Positions 1-10,778 of a stretch of DNA of 43,437 nt are shown here, piece by piece. Position numbers and translations under genes: made by a program. Under the pieces are notes generated by a model. It had not been told where the DNA came from, did not search any database, and was given only the letters and a program-made list of their open reading frames with translations. Source of the stretch: Acaryochloridaceae cyanobacterium VAR_48_metabat_390 (GTDB lineage: Bacteria; Cyanobacteriota; Cyanobacteriia; Thermosynechococcales; Thermosynechococcaceae); the NCBI GenBank assembly GCA_031422435.1, contig JANPLU010000032.1, positions 1 through 43,437 on the forward strand. Direction: 5' to 3'. The first letter of the stretch is position 1, and the number at the start of each line of letters is the position of its first letter.

Positions 1-1
1 A

Positions 2-2086
2 GCCGACTGCGATCAGCTTATTCAAGAACTGATGCGGCTCCAGCCCTCAGAGATTTTGTTCCCCACCGATGCCCCCGACGTAAAGCAGCTTCTGCGCCCT
101 GGTGAAGCGTCGCCGCTACTGCCAGAGGGGTTGCCCGATCAGTTTTGCTATACGCTGCGATCGCAGTCTAGCTTTGGCCTCACCGATGCTCGACAGCGGC
201 TGCTAGAGCAGTTTCGAGTACGATCCTTAGAAGGCTTAGGCTGTGACCATCTGCCCCTTGCCATCCGAGCCGCAGGGGGGCTGCTGATGTACCTCGAAGA
301 CACCCAAAAAGAAACCCATATTCCGCTCCAGCCCCTTACTACCTACACCCTTAGCGAATATTTGGTACTCGATCACCAAACCCGCCGCAACCTAGAAATT
401 ACCCAAACCTCGAGAGATGGCACCTTTCATGGGTCACTGCTGTGGGCGCTTGATCGCACCGCTACCGCTATGGGCAGTCGAGCGCTGCGTCGCTGGCTGC
501 TTCAGCCGCTTTTATCCATTGAGCAAATTATTGCTCGTCAAGACACCCTCGCCGAGCTGGTGCAAAATACCCAGCTACGGCAACAGCTCCAGCAGCAGTT
601 GCAAAACATTTACGACCTAGAGCGCCTTGCCGGACGTGCCGGATCGGGGACTGCCAACGCACGAGATTTAGTGGCCTTAGCAGAATCTTTAGAACGGCTC
701 ACAGATATTGCCTACCTCGTGCGTAACGGTGAATCCCCTTACCTCAAAGCCTTGCAAACCGTCCCGACAGAACTGGACCAGCTTGCCCAAAAACTCCGCG
801 CTCACCTCGTAGAGTCGCCCCCTATTAGCTTGACCGAGGGGAACCTGATTCGCAGTGGTGTAAACGCCGAAATTGATCGGCTGCGGCAGCAGGTTGAGTC
901 TGACCAGCACTGGATTACCGATTTAGAGCGAGTCGAAAAAGACCGCACCGGAATTTCTACCCTCAAAGTGGGCTTTAACAAAGCCTTCGGCTACTACATC
1001 AGCATTTCACGGGGTAAAAGCACCCAAGCCCCCGCAGACTACATCCGTAAACAAACCCTCACCAACGAAGAACGCTACATCACCCCAGACCTCAAAGAGC
1101 GCGAAGCCCGCATTATGACCGCGCAAACTGATTTATTTGCCCTAGAGTACGACCTGTTTGGGCAGCTCCGTACAGAAGTCGGCGCACTCGCAGAGCTAAT
1201 TCGTACTGTGGCAACCGCCGTCGCAGGAGTGGACGTGCTGACAGGCTTAGCCGAAGTCGCTATCTACCAAGGCTATAGCCGCCCTTCCATGACCAAAGAC
1301 CGCCGCATTGAAATCCAAGACGGGCGACACCCTGTGGTAGAGCAGTCGCTACCCGCTGGTTTTTTCGTACCCAATTCCACCACCCTAGGCGAAGGTTCCG
1401 CCCCTGATTTAGTGGTACTTACAGGCCCTAACGCCAGCGGAAAAAGCTGCTACCTGCGCCAGGTCGGGCTAATTCAGCTCTTGGCACAAACCGGAAGTTT
1501 TGTACCAGCCGAGGCCGCCAGCATGGGGGTATGCGATCGCATTTTTACCCGAGTGGGCGCGGTAGACGACCTCGCTACAGGCCAATCTACCTTCATGGTA
1601 GAAATGAACGAAACCGCCAATATTCTCAACCACGCCACCGAGCGATCGCTGGTGCTGCTCGACGAAATTGGGCGCGGGACTGCGACGTTTGACGGGTTGG
1701 CGATCGCCTGGTCAGTCGCAGAATACCTAGCCGTAGAAATCAAAGCCCGCACTATCTTTGCGACGCACTACCACGAGCTAAATGAGCTAGCGTCTCTCAT
1801 TGATAACGTGGCGAACTACCAGGTCGTCGTTAAAGAAATGCCCGATCAAATTATCTTTTTGCATCAGGTTCAGCCTGGAGGCGCCAGTCGTTCCTACGGC
1901 ATTGAGGCGGGACGATTAGCGGGTCTACCCCCCACGGTGATACAGCGTGCCAAGCAGGTGATGAGCCAAATTGAGAAGCACAGCAAAATTGCGGTGGGGT
2001 TACGCAAAAGCAATCAGCCTGTGCCGCCGAAAGGGAAACCTTCTGCCAGAGTCAAAGAAGAATCTGAGCAGTTTGAGCTGTTTTAA
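2..2086 (+). CDS. mutS: DNA mismatch repair protein MutS (5' end lies outside the window)
   Basis: Frame is open from the left edge. Motifs: [13 protein letters not shown], Walker [64 protein letters not shown]. Confidence 0.97.
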   Translation, partial: ADCDQLIQELMRLQPSEILFPTDAPDVKQLLRPGEASPLLPEGLPDQFCYTLRSQSSFGLTDARQRLLEQFRVRSLEGLGCDHLPLAIRAAGGLLMYLEDTQKETHIPLQPLTTYTLSEYLVLDHQTRRNLEITQTSRDGTFHGSLLWALDRTATAMGSRALRRWLLQPLLSIEQIIARQDTLAELVQNTQLRQQLQQQLQNIYDLERLAGRAGSGTANARDLVALAESLERLTDIAYLVRNGESPYLKALQTVPTELDQLAQKLRAHLVESPPISLTEGNLIRSGVNAEIDRLRQQVESDQHWITDLERVEKDRTGISTLKVGFNKAFGYYISISRGKSTQAPADYIRKQTLTNEERYITPDLKEREARIMTAQTDLFALEYDLFGQLRTEVGALAELIRTVATAVAGVDVLTGLAEVAIYQGYSRPSMTKDRRIEIQDGRHPVVEQSLPAGFFVPNSTTLGEGSAPDLVVLTGPNASGKSCYLRQVGLIQLLAQTGSFVPAEAASMGVCDRIFTRVGAVDDLATGQSTFMVEMNETANILNHATERSLVLLDEIGRGTATFDGLAIAWSVAEYLAVEIKARTIFATHYHELNELASLIDNVANYQVVVKEMPDQIIFLHQVQPGGASRSYGIEAGRLAGLPPTVIQRAKQVMSQIEKHSKIAVGLRKSNQPVPPKGKPSARVKEESEQFELF
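157..164. repeat. HIP1 octamer GCGATCGC (first of many dispersed copies, e.g. 1533, 2393, 27987, 28084, 32124)
   Basis: The palindrome recurs throughout the window, roughly 30 copies by eye. It is a hallmark of many cyanobacterial genomes. Confidence 0.9.
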
Positions 2087-2101
2087 GCTTTGCCTCAGCC
2101 A

Positions 2102-2794
2102 TTAAATCCCGTATTGGTGTGGGCTAAGCGACTGAATCATCTCAACTTCAAATACCTGAGCAAACGTCAGCCCTAGCGTTTGTCTAACCCTTAACGAGTC
2201 AATCTCAGGAATCCAGTCCGCCATCCGACCCACAGGTCGATCCGCAATACCACAGGGCACAATCTGCCTAAACCCGTCCAAATCAGGGCACACATTCAGC
2301 GCAAAGCCGTGCATCGTCACCCAACGGCTGACCTTAATACCGATCGCCGCGACCTTGCGCCCCTCTACCCAGACCCCCGTGAGACCAGGAATGCGATCGC
2401 CCTTCAGCCCATACACCTCCAGCGTTTGAATAATCACTTCCTCAAGCTGACGCAGATACCAGTGCAAATCTGGCTGAAACAGCTTGAGATTCAAGATGGG
2501 GTACCCCACAATTTGGCCTGGACAGTGGTAGGTTACTTCCCCCCCCCGCTCCGTCCAGTGCAGCTCATAGGGCGCGGTACTCGGGTCAAACTTAAGATGA
2601 TCGAGCGTTGCGCCATTGCCGAGGGTATAGACCGGAGGATGCTCTAGCAACAGCAGGGTTTCGGGGGTATCAGGGTGAGAAATGCGATCGCGCATTAAAG
2701 ACTTCTGCCATTCCCAGGCCTCTCGATAAGGGATTACCCCACAGCTATAGAGCCAGCAGGGTCGAGTATGAATTTTCAGATTAGGCAGAATCAT
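2102..2794 (-). CDS. lipB: Lipoyl(octanoyl) transferase LipB
   Basis: [53 protein letters not shown]. Confidence 0.96.
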   Translation of the reverse strand: MILPNLKIHTRPCWLYSCGVIPYREAWEWQKSLMRDRISHPDTPETLLLLEHPPVYTLGNGATLDHLKFDPSTAPYELHWTERGGEVTYHCPGQIVGYPILNLKLFQPDLHWYLRQLEEVIIQTLEVYGLKGDRIPGLTGVWVEGRKVAAIGIKVSRWVTMHGFALNVCPDLDGFRQIVPCGIADRPVGRMADWIPEIDSLRVRQTLGLTFAQVFEVEMIQSLSPHQYGI

Positions 2795-2971
2795 GACTTA
2801 TTTTAGAGCTTCTAGCAGAAAACAAGCGTAAATATACGAGGATTGGCAACGGTCGCAATTACGAATTGTCAAGGATTACAAATCATCTTAAAGACCCCTG
2901 AGTTATGACTCAATGGCAGGTAAACAAAGTGTTAGGGTTAAGTTAACGTCAGTTCAAGGGAGGCAAACCTT

Positions 2972-3580
2972 ATGAAGTTTGTGATTCACGGTAAAAATAT
3001 TGAGGTGACTGATGCGATTCGGGAGTACGTGCATCAAAAGATCGAGAAAGCCGCCAATCATTACCAGAATCTAACAACCGAAATTGATGTTCATTTGTCG
3101 GTGGCGCAAAATCCAAGAATCAGCAACAGCCAAAATGCTGAGGTGACGCTATTTGTCAATGGCTCTATCATCCGCGCTGAAGAAAGTTCCGAGAACCTCT
3201 ACGCCAGTATTGACTTAGTTGCAGATAAAATTGCGCGTCAGTTACGCAAGTATAAAGAAAAGCGCCAAGATAAAACCTACATTCGCACTAAAGAGGAACT
3301 TGAAGTTTCGACGGATCAGGTTGTGGCAGCAAGTCTCGTAGCAGATCGTCAACCTGCATTACCGGATGAGGTAGATGAGGTTGTGCGCTACAAGTACTTT
3401 GCTATGCCTCCGATGGCGGTTAAAGATGCTCTAGAGCAGCTTGACTTAGTGGATCACGATTTTTATATGTTCCATAACTCAGAGACAGGCCAAATTAACG
3501 TCATTTATGAGCGCAATCACGGCGGCTATGGGCTAATTCAGCCTAAAAATACCAGCAATGGTGGCGTGAAGCTAGGGTAA
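2972..3580 (+). CDS. hpf: Ribosome hibernation promoting factor (long HPF, LrtA)
   Basis: N-terminal [14 protein letters not shown]...[23 protein letters not shown]-terminal S30AE domain ..[22 protein letters not shown]. Confidence 0.95.
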   Translation: MKFVIHGKNIEVTDAIREYVHQKIEKAANHYQNLTTEIDVHLSVAQNPRISNSQNAEVTLFVNGSIIRAEESSENLYASIDLVADKIARQLRKYKEKRQDKTYIRTKEELEVSTDQVVAASLVADRQPALPDEVDEVVRYKYFAMPPMAVKDALEQLDLVDHDFYMFHNSETGQINVIYERNHGGYGLIQPKNTSNGGVKLG

Positions 3581-3611
3581 CAGAGCAGCCTAGCTTTTTC
3601 TAAAATTGATT

Positions 3612-3647
3612 AAAAGGTTTAGTGCTTAAGTGTGCTAAACCTTTTTT
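3612..3647 (+). terminator. Rho-independent terminator after hpf
   Basis: AAAAGGTTTAG..CTAAACCTTTTTT inverted repeat with a T-tract, about 30 bp after the stop codon. Confidence 0.75.
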
Positions 3648-3813
3648 GACAGAAAGCTGAGGCGCTAAACTTTTTACCGTGGCTTTTTTCTCTAAAGTGA
3701 TCTTGGGCACAGTTTCCGCTTCAGTCTCATCAGAAAATTCTAAGAGCTGGCAGCTTCAGCATTAAAGCCTTTGCTAGCCTCCAATCAAGCAGGCTTCACA
3801 AAATCCTCTTTCT

Positions 3814-4230
3814 ATGAGCTCATTGATTATTCTTTGGCTGTCCTATACGTTAGTAGGCTGGAAGCTCTTTTGGGGCGACATCGTTTACTACGTAGCGTTG
3901 CTGATTTTTATTGCCGTTATGCTATTTTCGCTGCAAGACGAACCCTGGATTCAGGGGGTGTTTGGATACATTCCTCAGGCCGTGACCGTTATTTTAATCC
4001 TCAGCCTGCTGTTAACCTTGATGATTGCGTTTCCGGCAACTGTACCTCTGGTGGTTCTGCCGATGCTTTCAACCTTTTTAGCTTGGCAGGAGATGGAAGG
4101 AACTGCCTACCGCCGTGCTGTGCCTAGAACAAGCGCCAAACTGTGGATGTTAGTGGGCACTGCGCTGCTGGGCCTGCTGTTTGGTGAAATGATTGACCTC
4201 TATTTGCTCCCTGGTGGTTCTTATTCCTAG
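3814..4230 (+). CDS. Hypothetical integral membrane protein
   Basis: 138-aa ATG ORF that is almost entirely hydrophobic segments; no recognised motif. Confidence 0.7.
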   Translation: MSSLIILWLSYTLVGWKLFWGDIVYYVALLIFIAVMLFSLQDEPWIQGVFGYIPQAVTVILILSLLLTLMIAFPATVPLVVLPMLSTFLAWQEMEGTAYRRAVPRTSAKLWMLVGTALLGLLFGEMIDLYLLPGGSYS

Positions 4231-4326
4231 GTTTTGCTGAGGCTCATTGAGGATTATGAAGGTCAGCATTGCTAGGATTAAAAAAGCTTTTTGTAAGGTT
4301 CTGTTGTAAGACCCATTGATGTCATT

Positions 4327-5307
4327 ATGATGCCGGAGACTCCACCTATAGCTGCTGCTGCGTTGCCGCTCGAGACCGGCGATCGCCCCGAACCTTGGCA
4401 CATCAAACCTAATCAAATTCTGTCGGCGCAGGACTTAAGCGTCTTAAATGCAAAATCCAACCTTCAGGGTGCATCACGACTGTTTGGACATCTAACTATC
4501 ACGAGTGTGAGTGGCTATCTCTGGACAACCCATTTAGACCAATGGTTCTTCGCACTACCTGCGCTCGTCATTTATGGCTTTAGCCTAGCTGCGATGTTTG
4601 CGCCGCTCCATGAGTGTGTTCACCGCACCGCCTTTGCTAGCAGCCACATAAATGATGCTGTTGCTTGGTTAGCAGGCTTACTATCGTTTTATAACAGCAC
4701 GTTTTATCGCCGCTATCACAAATGGCATCACCGCTATACCCGCATCCCTGGTAAAGACCCAGAGCTAACCGATCCGCAGCCCACAACCTTAAAAGAATAC
4801 CTTTGGCAAATAAGCGGTATTCCTTGGTGGGGAGAAAAAATTCAAGGCCATGTTCGCATTGCGTTCGGTAAGCTTGAAGACTGCCCCTACATTTCTGAGG
4901 CGGCACGGGCTGAGGTCATTCGCTCTACACGACTTCAGTTATTCGTTTATGGAGTGGCGATCTCCCTTTCCGTCACCTTTGCTCAACCTTGGCTTTTGCT
5001 TTACTGGTTCCTGCCCTTAGCCGTAGGGCAACCGATTCTGCGATTTATTTTGCTTGCGGAACATACCCAATGCACTTTAGACGATAATCCCTTTGCCAAT
5101 ACCCGCACAACTCTGACCCTAGCGCCGCTCCGCTTTTTGATGTGGAACATGCCATTCCATGCAGAACATCATCTATACGCCTCCATTCCATTTCATGCGC
5201 TGCCTGCGGCTCATGAGAAGCTAAAGCCTCATCTTGCTCATGTTGACAAGGGCTATGTGAAGGTTAATCAAGGCATTGTTGCAAACTTAGGCCAGCTTTC
5301 AGTATGA
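4327..5307 (+). CDS. Fatty-acid desaturase family membrane di-iron enzyme (MocD-like)
   Basis: Three His boxes (HECVH, HKWHH, HAEHH) plus AEH, and TM segments. Confidence 0.88.
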   Translation: MMPETPPIAAAALPLETGDRPEPWHIKPNQILSAQDLSVLNAKSNLQGASRLFGHLTITSVSGYLWTTHLDQWFFALPALVIYGFSLAAMFAPLHECVHRTAFASSHINDAVAWLAGLLSFYNSTFYRRYHKWHHRYTRIPGKDPELTDPQPTTLKEYLWQISGIPWWGEKIQGHVRIAFGKLEDCPYISEAARAEVIRSTRLQLFVYGVAISLSVTFAQPWLLLYWFLPLAVGQPILRFILLAEHTQCTLDDNPFANTRTTLTLAPLRFLMWNMPFHAEHHLYASIPFHALPAAHEKLKPHLAHVDKGYVKVNQGIVANLGQLSV

Positions 5308-6326
5308 CTCGTATGCCGAGCTGCTTCACGCTGGAGAATTTTGAGCTTCAGTGTGGTGCGGTTTTGCCGAAAGCTCAGCTCGTGTACCAGACCTATGGAG
5401 AACTGAATAGCGACAGCAGTAACGCCATTTTGTACCCCACCTCCTATGGTGCCCAGCATACTGATATTGACTGGCTCATCCGCCCTGATAGCATTCTTGA
5501 CCCGACTCGCTGGTTTATTATCATTCCTAATATGTTTGGGAATGGTTTATCCAGTTCGCCCAGTAATTGCAGGAGCTGTGAACTAGCGGAACAAGGGTTT
5601 TGGTTCTCTCATTTAGATAATGTCCGTGCCCAAGAGCGGCTTCTGCAAGAAAAGCTGGGTATTGAACAGTTGGCGCTTGTGTATGGCTGGTCCATGGGGG
5701 CACAGCAGGCGTATCACTGGGGGGCACTTTACCCTAATCAAGTTGAGCGGATCGTTGCGGTTTGCGGTACGGCAAAAGTAACAGACCACAATCGGATTTT
5801 CTTAGAGAGCCTGCGATTAGCATTAACAGCGGATCCGACCTGGAATGGATCTCGCTTTGAGGGAACTCCAGACCGAGGCTTCCGTGCTTTTGCTTGGATT
5901 TATGCCAGTTGGGCTGCATCCCAAGCCTTTTATCGGGAGGTGCGATACAAGCCTTTGGGCTATGACTCCCTAGAAGATTATTTGGTGCGGGGTTGGGAAG
6001 CAGGCTATCGCAAACGCGACCCCCATAACCTAATTTCCATGCTTGATACTTGGCTGCGCTGTGACTTAAGCGATAGTCTGACCTATCAAAAAGACTATCC
6101 TCGCGCCTTGAAATCTATTCAGGCTCAAACCCTCGTGATGCCATCTAACACCGACCTTTACTTCACGACTGAAGACTGTGCCGCCGAAGCCGCGCTGATT
6201 CCCAAGTCAGAATTTTTACCGATTCCCTCTATTTGGGGACATCGAGCGGGTAATCCTTCCCAAAATACTGAGGATGAAACATTTATTCAAAGAGCCGTGT
6301 GGGCTTTTCTAGAAAACGAAAGCTAA
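5304..6326 (+). CDS. Alpha/beta hydrolase, homoserine O-acetyltransferase (MetX)-like
   Basis: LVYQTYGELN, GNGLSSSPSN, nucleophile elbow GWSMGAQ, DLYF and WGH (Ser-Asp-His triad). Overlaps the upstream gene at ATGA. Confidence 0.85.
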   Translation: MTRMPSCFTLENFELQCGAVLPKAQLVYQTYGELNSDSSNAILYPTSYGAQHTDIDWLIRPDSILDPTRWFIIIPNMFGNGLSSSPSNCRSCELAEQGFWFSHLDNVRAQERLLQEKLGIEQLALVYGWSMGAQQAYHWGALYPNQVERIVAVCGTAKVTDHNRIFLESLRLALTADPTWNGSRFEGTPDRGFRAFAWIYASWAASQAFYREVRYKPLGYDSLEDYLVRGWEAGYRKRDPHNLISMLDTWLRCDLSDSLTYQKDYPRALKSIQAQTLVMPSNTDLYFTTEDCAAEAALIPKSEFLPIPSIWGHRAGNPSQNTEDETFIQRAVWAFLENES

Positions 6327-6637
6327 AGATAAACCTGGAGCGTTTTGAAAAAAGCGACGAGATGATAGCGCCGCGTGTCACGTTGATCTACATACAATCG
6401 TCTAATTTCAACGACAGACGTTCTCGAAGTTGTCCACTGGATCCCAAAATTCCTATGGCAGACTGTTGTGATTAGCAGTTATGTAGCAGTCTTTTTCTCA
6501 AGTCTTGGGTGCCTGTTTATTTTATCTCTCTCTTTCGACAGCGCGTAACGCACTTTAGCTACTTCCTCGGAGAGAAAGAGAAACAAGACCATGCTGATAG
6601 ATTCTTAGCATTGGCACGCATTTGAAGGAAATACGTT

Positions 6638-6916
6638 ATGAATATTATTGCCTGGGTTGTGTTGGGTCTGTTAGCAGGGGCGATCGCAAAGGCCATCTAT
6701 CCTGGCGCCCAAGGCGGCGGAATTTTAGCGACAATGGTATTGGGCATTATTGGCGCATTTGTGGGAGGCAGCGTTGCGACGCTGGCCACAACGGGTAAGC
6801 TTGCCTTCACTGCCGCAGGGACAGGGTTGAGCATTCCTGGGATTTTTGTTGCGGTTTTGGGCGCAATGATTGCCATCTTTATATGGGGCTTAATTACCCG
6901 AAGCAGCAATGCATAG
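6638..6916 (+). CDS. GlsB/YeaQ/YmgE family (transglycosylase-associated) small membrane protein
   Basis: IIAWVVLGLLAGAIAKAIYPG..GGGILATMVLGIIGAFVGG..AVLGA; AAGGA ribosome-binding site upstream. Confidence 0.92.
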   Translation: MNIIAWVVLGLLAGAIAKAIYPGAQGGGILATMVLGIIGAFVGGSVATLATTGKLAFTAAGTGLSIPGIFVAVLGAMIAIFIWGLITRSSNA

Positions 6917-7051
6917 CGCGTAAAAGCCTATCCTTCGGTGGTAAGCAGAATGGTGGTGGGTTATCTGTGTAGCTCAGCATTATTCTGCTTCGAGATTTTG
7001 ACCTATGATTCTTGGGCACTCTGTTTAGATAGACTCTCACCTTAAGTAAAA

Positions 7052-7837
7052 ATGCGCCTTCACGCGGGATGTAAGTTTTCATTTGAGACCAACCAGCCAA
7101 CAGCAGCTACGTTTATGCTGCGGCCTCGGAGTGGTGAGGGGCAGTGGATTGTGAGTGAAGAGTACATTACAGCGCCAAATGTACCCGTAACGGAGTACAC
7201 CGACGGCTATGGTAACTTATGTCAGCGGCTTGTGGTTCCGGAGGGCAGCTTCTCGCTATATACCAGTGTGGTGACTGAAACTGCTGATGTCATTGACGTT
7301 GACATGGAAGCCCCGTTTATTCCGGTCGAGAGCTTACCGAGTGAAGTGCTGCACTTTTTGCTGCCCAGTCGCTACTGTCAGTCTGATCTGATGGGTTTTC
7401 TAGCCGGACAGATTGTAGAGGGTTTGCCACTAGGGTATGCGCAGGTTGAGGCCATCCGGAGCTGGATTTTTAATAATTTAACTTACTGCTACGGGACCAG
7501 TAGCAGCACGACTTCTGCAGTGGAAACGGCAGAAACGCACACGGGTGTCTGTCGGGATTTTGCCCACTTAGGCATTGCGCTATGTCGTTCCCTAAATATC
7601 CCAGCCCGAATGGTAGTGGGCTACCTCTATGAGCTGAAACCCATGGATCTTCATGCCTGGTTTGAGGCATTCGTGGGAGATCAGTGGTACACCATTGACG
7701 CCACTCAGTCAGCACCTAAGGGCAACCGAATTGCGATCGCCTATGGTCGAGATGCGGCTGACGTTGCGTTTGTGACGCAGTTTGGGGTGCTGAACTTATT
7801 AGAGATGGATGTATGGGTTAACCTAGCCCCGGCTTAG
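7052..7837 (+). CDS. Transglutaminase-like family protein
   Basis: FLLPSRYCQSD; catalytic triad in GVCRDFAH, HAWFE and IDAT; IAYGRDAADVA. Confidence 0.92.
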   Translation: MRLHAGCKFSFETNQPTAATFMLRPRSGEGQWIVSEEYITAPNVPVTEYTDGYGNLCQRLVVPEGSFSLYTSVVTETADVIDVDMEAPFIPVESLPSEVLHFLLPSRYCQSDLMGFLAGQIVEGLPLGYAQVEAIRSWIFNNLTYCYGTSSSTTSAVETAETHTGVCRDFAHLGIALCRSLNIPARMVVGYLYELKPMDLHAWFEAFVGDQWYTIDATQSAPKGNRIAIAYGRDAADVAFVTQFGVLNLLEMDVWVNLAPA

Positions 7838-7902
7838 TTTCAAACTCTAATTCCAAACATTTTTAGAACGCTTTTGCGCGTTTATCACTTGAGGTGATTT
7901 CA

Positions 7903-8583
7903 ATGAAACTTCATTCTTTTTTGGTTATTCCAGCCGCAGCCGTTTTAGTGGTGTCTGCAGGCTATCCGTCAGTTGCAGCCGATGCAACCAAGACGGTTCA
8001 GGCATCTACAACGGCCTTTCAAGAATTCATCAACAGCGGTCGCATTCCCCCCAGAATTCTGCAGTCAAGTCAGGGAATTGCCATTATCCCCAATGTGATT
8101 CAGGCAGGCTTTTTTCTGGGTGGACAGCGGGGTCAGGGTGTCATGGTAGTTCGCAATCAAGATGGTGGATGGAGTAACCCAACCATTATTACCTTGACGG
8201 GGGGCAGCATTGGCCTCCAATTTGGTGCTAAATCAAGCGATATTGTTTTGGCCTTTCAGGATCAAAAAAGTATCCAAAAGGTTTACGGCTCCAATTTTGA
8301 GTTAGGAGGTAACGTATCGGGCACCGCTGGGCCTGAGGGGGCGCAGGCGGTCTACCCGAGTGACAGCACCGGCAACATTTATTCTTACTTTAAGAGTGAG
8401 GGGCTATTTGGTGGCGTATCGCTCTCTGGCGTAAAGCTCGCTTTTAATAGCGGCGATACGGGTCGCCTATACGGACAAAAAAACATTACGGCGCGTCAGG
8501 TCTTTGCAGGGCAGACTCCGGCAGCGCCCCCTGTTGTAAGTTCTCTCCAAAGTGCCCTCCGTCGCTCAGTTTCTGGTCCCTAA
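7903..8583 (+). CDS. Secreted lipid-binding SYLF/Ysc84-domain protein
   Basis: Signal peptide; GIAIIPNVIQAGFFLGGQRGQG, GGSIGLQFG..SDIVL, YSYFKSEGLFGGVSLSG. Alternative GTG start at 7894. Confidence 0.9.
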   Translation: MKLHSFLVIPAAAVLVVSAGYPSVAADATKTVQASTTAFQEFINSGRIPPRILQSSQGIAIIPNVIQAGFFLGGQRGQGVMVVRNQDGGWSNPTIITLTGGSIGLQFGAKSSDIVLAFQDQKSIQKVYGSNFELGGNVSGTAGPEGAQAVYPSDSTGNIYSYFKSEGLFGGVSLSGVKLAFNSGDTGRLYGQKNITARQVFAGQTPAAPPVVSSLQSALRRSVSGP

Positions 8584-8807
8584 AGCGATTCAAAGGTGCC
8601 GAAGAATTCAGGAAAAGCGGTGCATTTTTCGATGAATTCTTCGGCATCACTGACGTTTTCAAGCTGGTATTCCATAATGCGGCGCTCATCGCCCTGCATT
8701 TTTTTGGAAGAAATGGGGATGCCAGCATACTGAACGGCGATCGCCTTAAAGTCCATGGCATGATTTTGCCAGCCTTCGGCGGAGCATTGAATTGTCACTT
8801 TCCACAT
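8580..8807 (-). CDS. Small hypothetical protein (75 aa, MWKVTIQC...FESL)
   Basis: Using the internal ATG at 8807 of the 115-aa ORF removes the overlap with hypB. It fills an otherwise empty gap and has protein-like composition. Confidence 0.55.
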   Translation of the reverse strand: MWKVTIQCSAEGWQNHAMDFKAIAVQYAGIPISSKKMQGDERRIMEYQLENVSDAEEFIEKCTAFPEFFGTFESL

Positions 8808-8856
8808 AATTTGTAGGCTTACCCAGTTCTTTGTTGGTGTTGTAGACACTATTGTG

Positions 8857-9567
8857 TCATTGAAGCTCAGCCGAAGGGCGCATTTGAGCCGTGCGGGTAG
8901 ACTGATGCTGCGATCGCACCCAATCATGCCATTCCTCTATCCCTTCTCCCGTTTTTGCGGAGACCGGAATAATGGTGGCGCGGGCATTCATTTGACGCAC
9001 GTTTGCGATAATTCGATCTACTTCTACGTCTAAATAGGGCACTAAATCTAGCTTTGTAATGAGCAGACAGTCTGCTGCCTGAAACATGACGGGATATTTA
9101 AGGGGCTTATCTTCGCCTTCGGTTACGCTCAACAGCGCAACTTTGGCATGTTCGCCCACTTCAAATTCAGCGGGGCAAACCAGATTGCCTACGTTTTCAA
9201 CCAGCACTAAATCAAAGTCTGCTGGATTGTAGTCATGCTCTAGACGATGGAGTCCCCCTGCGACCATTTTGGAATCGAGGTGACAGGCGCGCCCTGTGTT
9301 AATGGCAATGACCGGAACATCATGCTGACGCAGACGATCGGCATCTAGCTCGGTGGTCATATCGCCTTCGATGATGGCAATTTTGAACGATTGGCGCAGG
9401 GTGGGGAGCGATCGCTCTAAAAGCGCCGTTTTACCAGCGCCAGGGCTGCTCATTAAATTAAGACAGGTGATGCCCCATCGGTCAAAATGGGCGCGGTTGT
9501 GGTCGGCTCCTTCTTGATTAACGTGAAGTAAGTTAATGCCTAAAGCTGCGTCAAAGGTTTGATGCAT
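8857..9567 (-). CDS. hypB: Nickel incorporation GTPase HypB
   Basis: [58 protein letters not shown]. Start set at the [10 protein letters not shown]. Confidence 0.93.
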   Translation of the reverse strand: MHQTFDAALGINLLHVNQEGADHNRAHFDRWGITCLNLMSSPGAGKTALLERSLPTLRQSFKIAIIEGDMTTELDADRLRQHDVPVIAINTGRACHLDSKMVAGGLHRLEHDYNPADFDLVLVENVGNLVCPAEFEVGEHAKVALLSVTEGEDKPLKYPVMFQAADCLLITKLDLVPYLDVEVDRIIANVRQMNARATIIPVSAKTGEGIEEWHDWVRSQHQSTRTAQMRPSAELQ

Positions 9568-9934
9568 GGTTGGTTTCGCTATGGGTTTCGCTATATTCAA
9601 TACGGTCAATTTTTAGCTCTCGCCCAGAGCGGATGTCATCCATGGGAGATTGACAGGTGGGGCAAGCGTATTGGATGCCAATTTCTGGCTGGTATTCTTG
9701 CTGGCACGGGTGGCAAAAAGCAATCAGCGGCGTTTCTTGAATAATAAGCTGAGCGCCTGCTAGAAATGTGTTTTGAGTTTGGGCATCAAAGGCAAACTGT
9801 AGACCTGCGGGTTCGACACAGGTAAATTTCCCGACGGTCAGATGAACTTGAGATATATTGGGGCGCTCTACCTGAGATTCCCACCAGTCTTGGACGGTTA
9901 AGATCAGCGCTTTTGTCATGTCTGTTTCATGCAT
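9551..9934 (-). CDS. hypA: Nickel metallochaperone HypA
   Basis: N-terminal MHE; two CxxC motifs (CHPC, CPTC); [11 protein letters not shown]. Confidence 0.93.
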   Translation of the reverse strand: MHETDMTKALILTVQDWWESQVERPNISQVHLTVGKFTCVEPAGLQFAFDAQTQNTFLAGAQLIIQETPLIAFCHPCQQEYQPEIGIQYACPTCQSPMDDIRSGRELKIDRIEYSETHSETNHASNL

Positions 9935-9943
9935 GGCATTGCC

Positions 9944-10633
9944 CTATTCGGTTAAGCCGTGTTCTAGGGCATAGCGAACCAGTTCTGTGCGGCTATTGGT
10001 ACCCGTTTTACTAAACAGACGGCTCACGTACTTTTCGACGTTACGGACGCTCGTTTCAAGGCGGCGCGCAATTTCTTTATTCATTAAGCCTTGAGCCACC
10101 AAATTAAGCACGCTCTGCTCACGGGGGGTAAAGTCAATTTGGATGGGGGAGGGCGTGATTGCGATGCCAGAGCGATGGGTCAAAAGTGACTTGATTTCGG
10201 CAACCTGACTGGCTAATTCTGCGATATTGGGGTCGCCAGTGCCACCACCTTCTGCCAGCGTTGCCCGTCGCCCTAAAATATTGGTAACAACAGCCACCAG
10301 CTCATCGGGGTCAAAGGGTTTAGAAAGGTAGGCATCGACGCTAGATTTGTAGCCCTGAATCCGGTCTTTGGTCATGCCGCGAGCGGTCAAAAACACCACG
10401 GGAAGTTTCGCAAAACGAGGGTCTTCTCGCATCTGCTTAAGAAACTGATACCCGTCTACTTGGGGCATCATAATGTCTGAAATCACCAGATCGGGTAGAC
10501 GTTTTTCTAAAAGCTCCCACCCAATTTTTGCATTAGGAGCAGCCTCTACGGTAAACCCACTGTCTTCTAGATACGCCTGTACGGCGTCGCGTAGCCCTGG
10601 TTCATCATCCACCAAGAGTAAGTAGCCAGACAT
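9944..10633 (-). CDS. ycf29: NarL/LuxR-family response regulator Ycf29/Rre1
   Basis: REC domain (VDDE, DIMMP, FLTARG, KPF) plus LuxR HTH FTPREQSVLNLVAQGLMNKEIARRLETSVRNVEKYVSRLFSKTGT. Confidence 0.85.
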   Translation of the reverse strand: MSGYLLLVDDEPGLRDAVQAYLEDSGFTVEAAPNAKIGWELLEKRLPDLVISDIMMPQVDGYQFLKQMREDPRFAKLPVVFLTARGMTKDRIQGYKSSVDAYLSKPFDPDELVAVVTNILGRRATLAEGGGTGDPNIAELASQVAEIKSLLTHRSGIAITPSPIQIDFTPREQSVLNLVAQGLMNKEIARRLETSVRNVEKYVSRLFSKTGTNSRTELVRYALEHGLTE

Positions 10634-10778
10634 GATGCCTCCTTGGATGCGGTTGAGAACATGGACTTACTGATCATGAATCATCTGATTATCAACTATT
10701 GTGCAGTGGCAAGTTGCCCCATGAGAGAAAAATTCTGAAATAGAGCAGTCGGTTTGTCGATATCGTAGGAACTCTCGC

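Noticed and set aside
5304..6326. Assigning the symbol metX
   Set aside because: The fold is shared, but the MetX HALTG motif is absent and the context suggests another function.
10634..10778. Guanidine riboswitch upstream of ycf29-hypA-hypB
   Set aside because: I saw no guanidine-I consensus elements on either strand; an Rfam scan would settle it.
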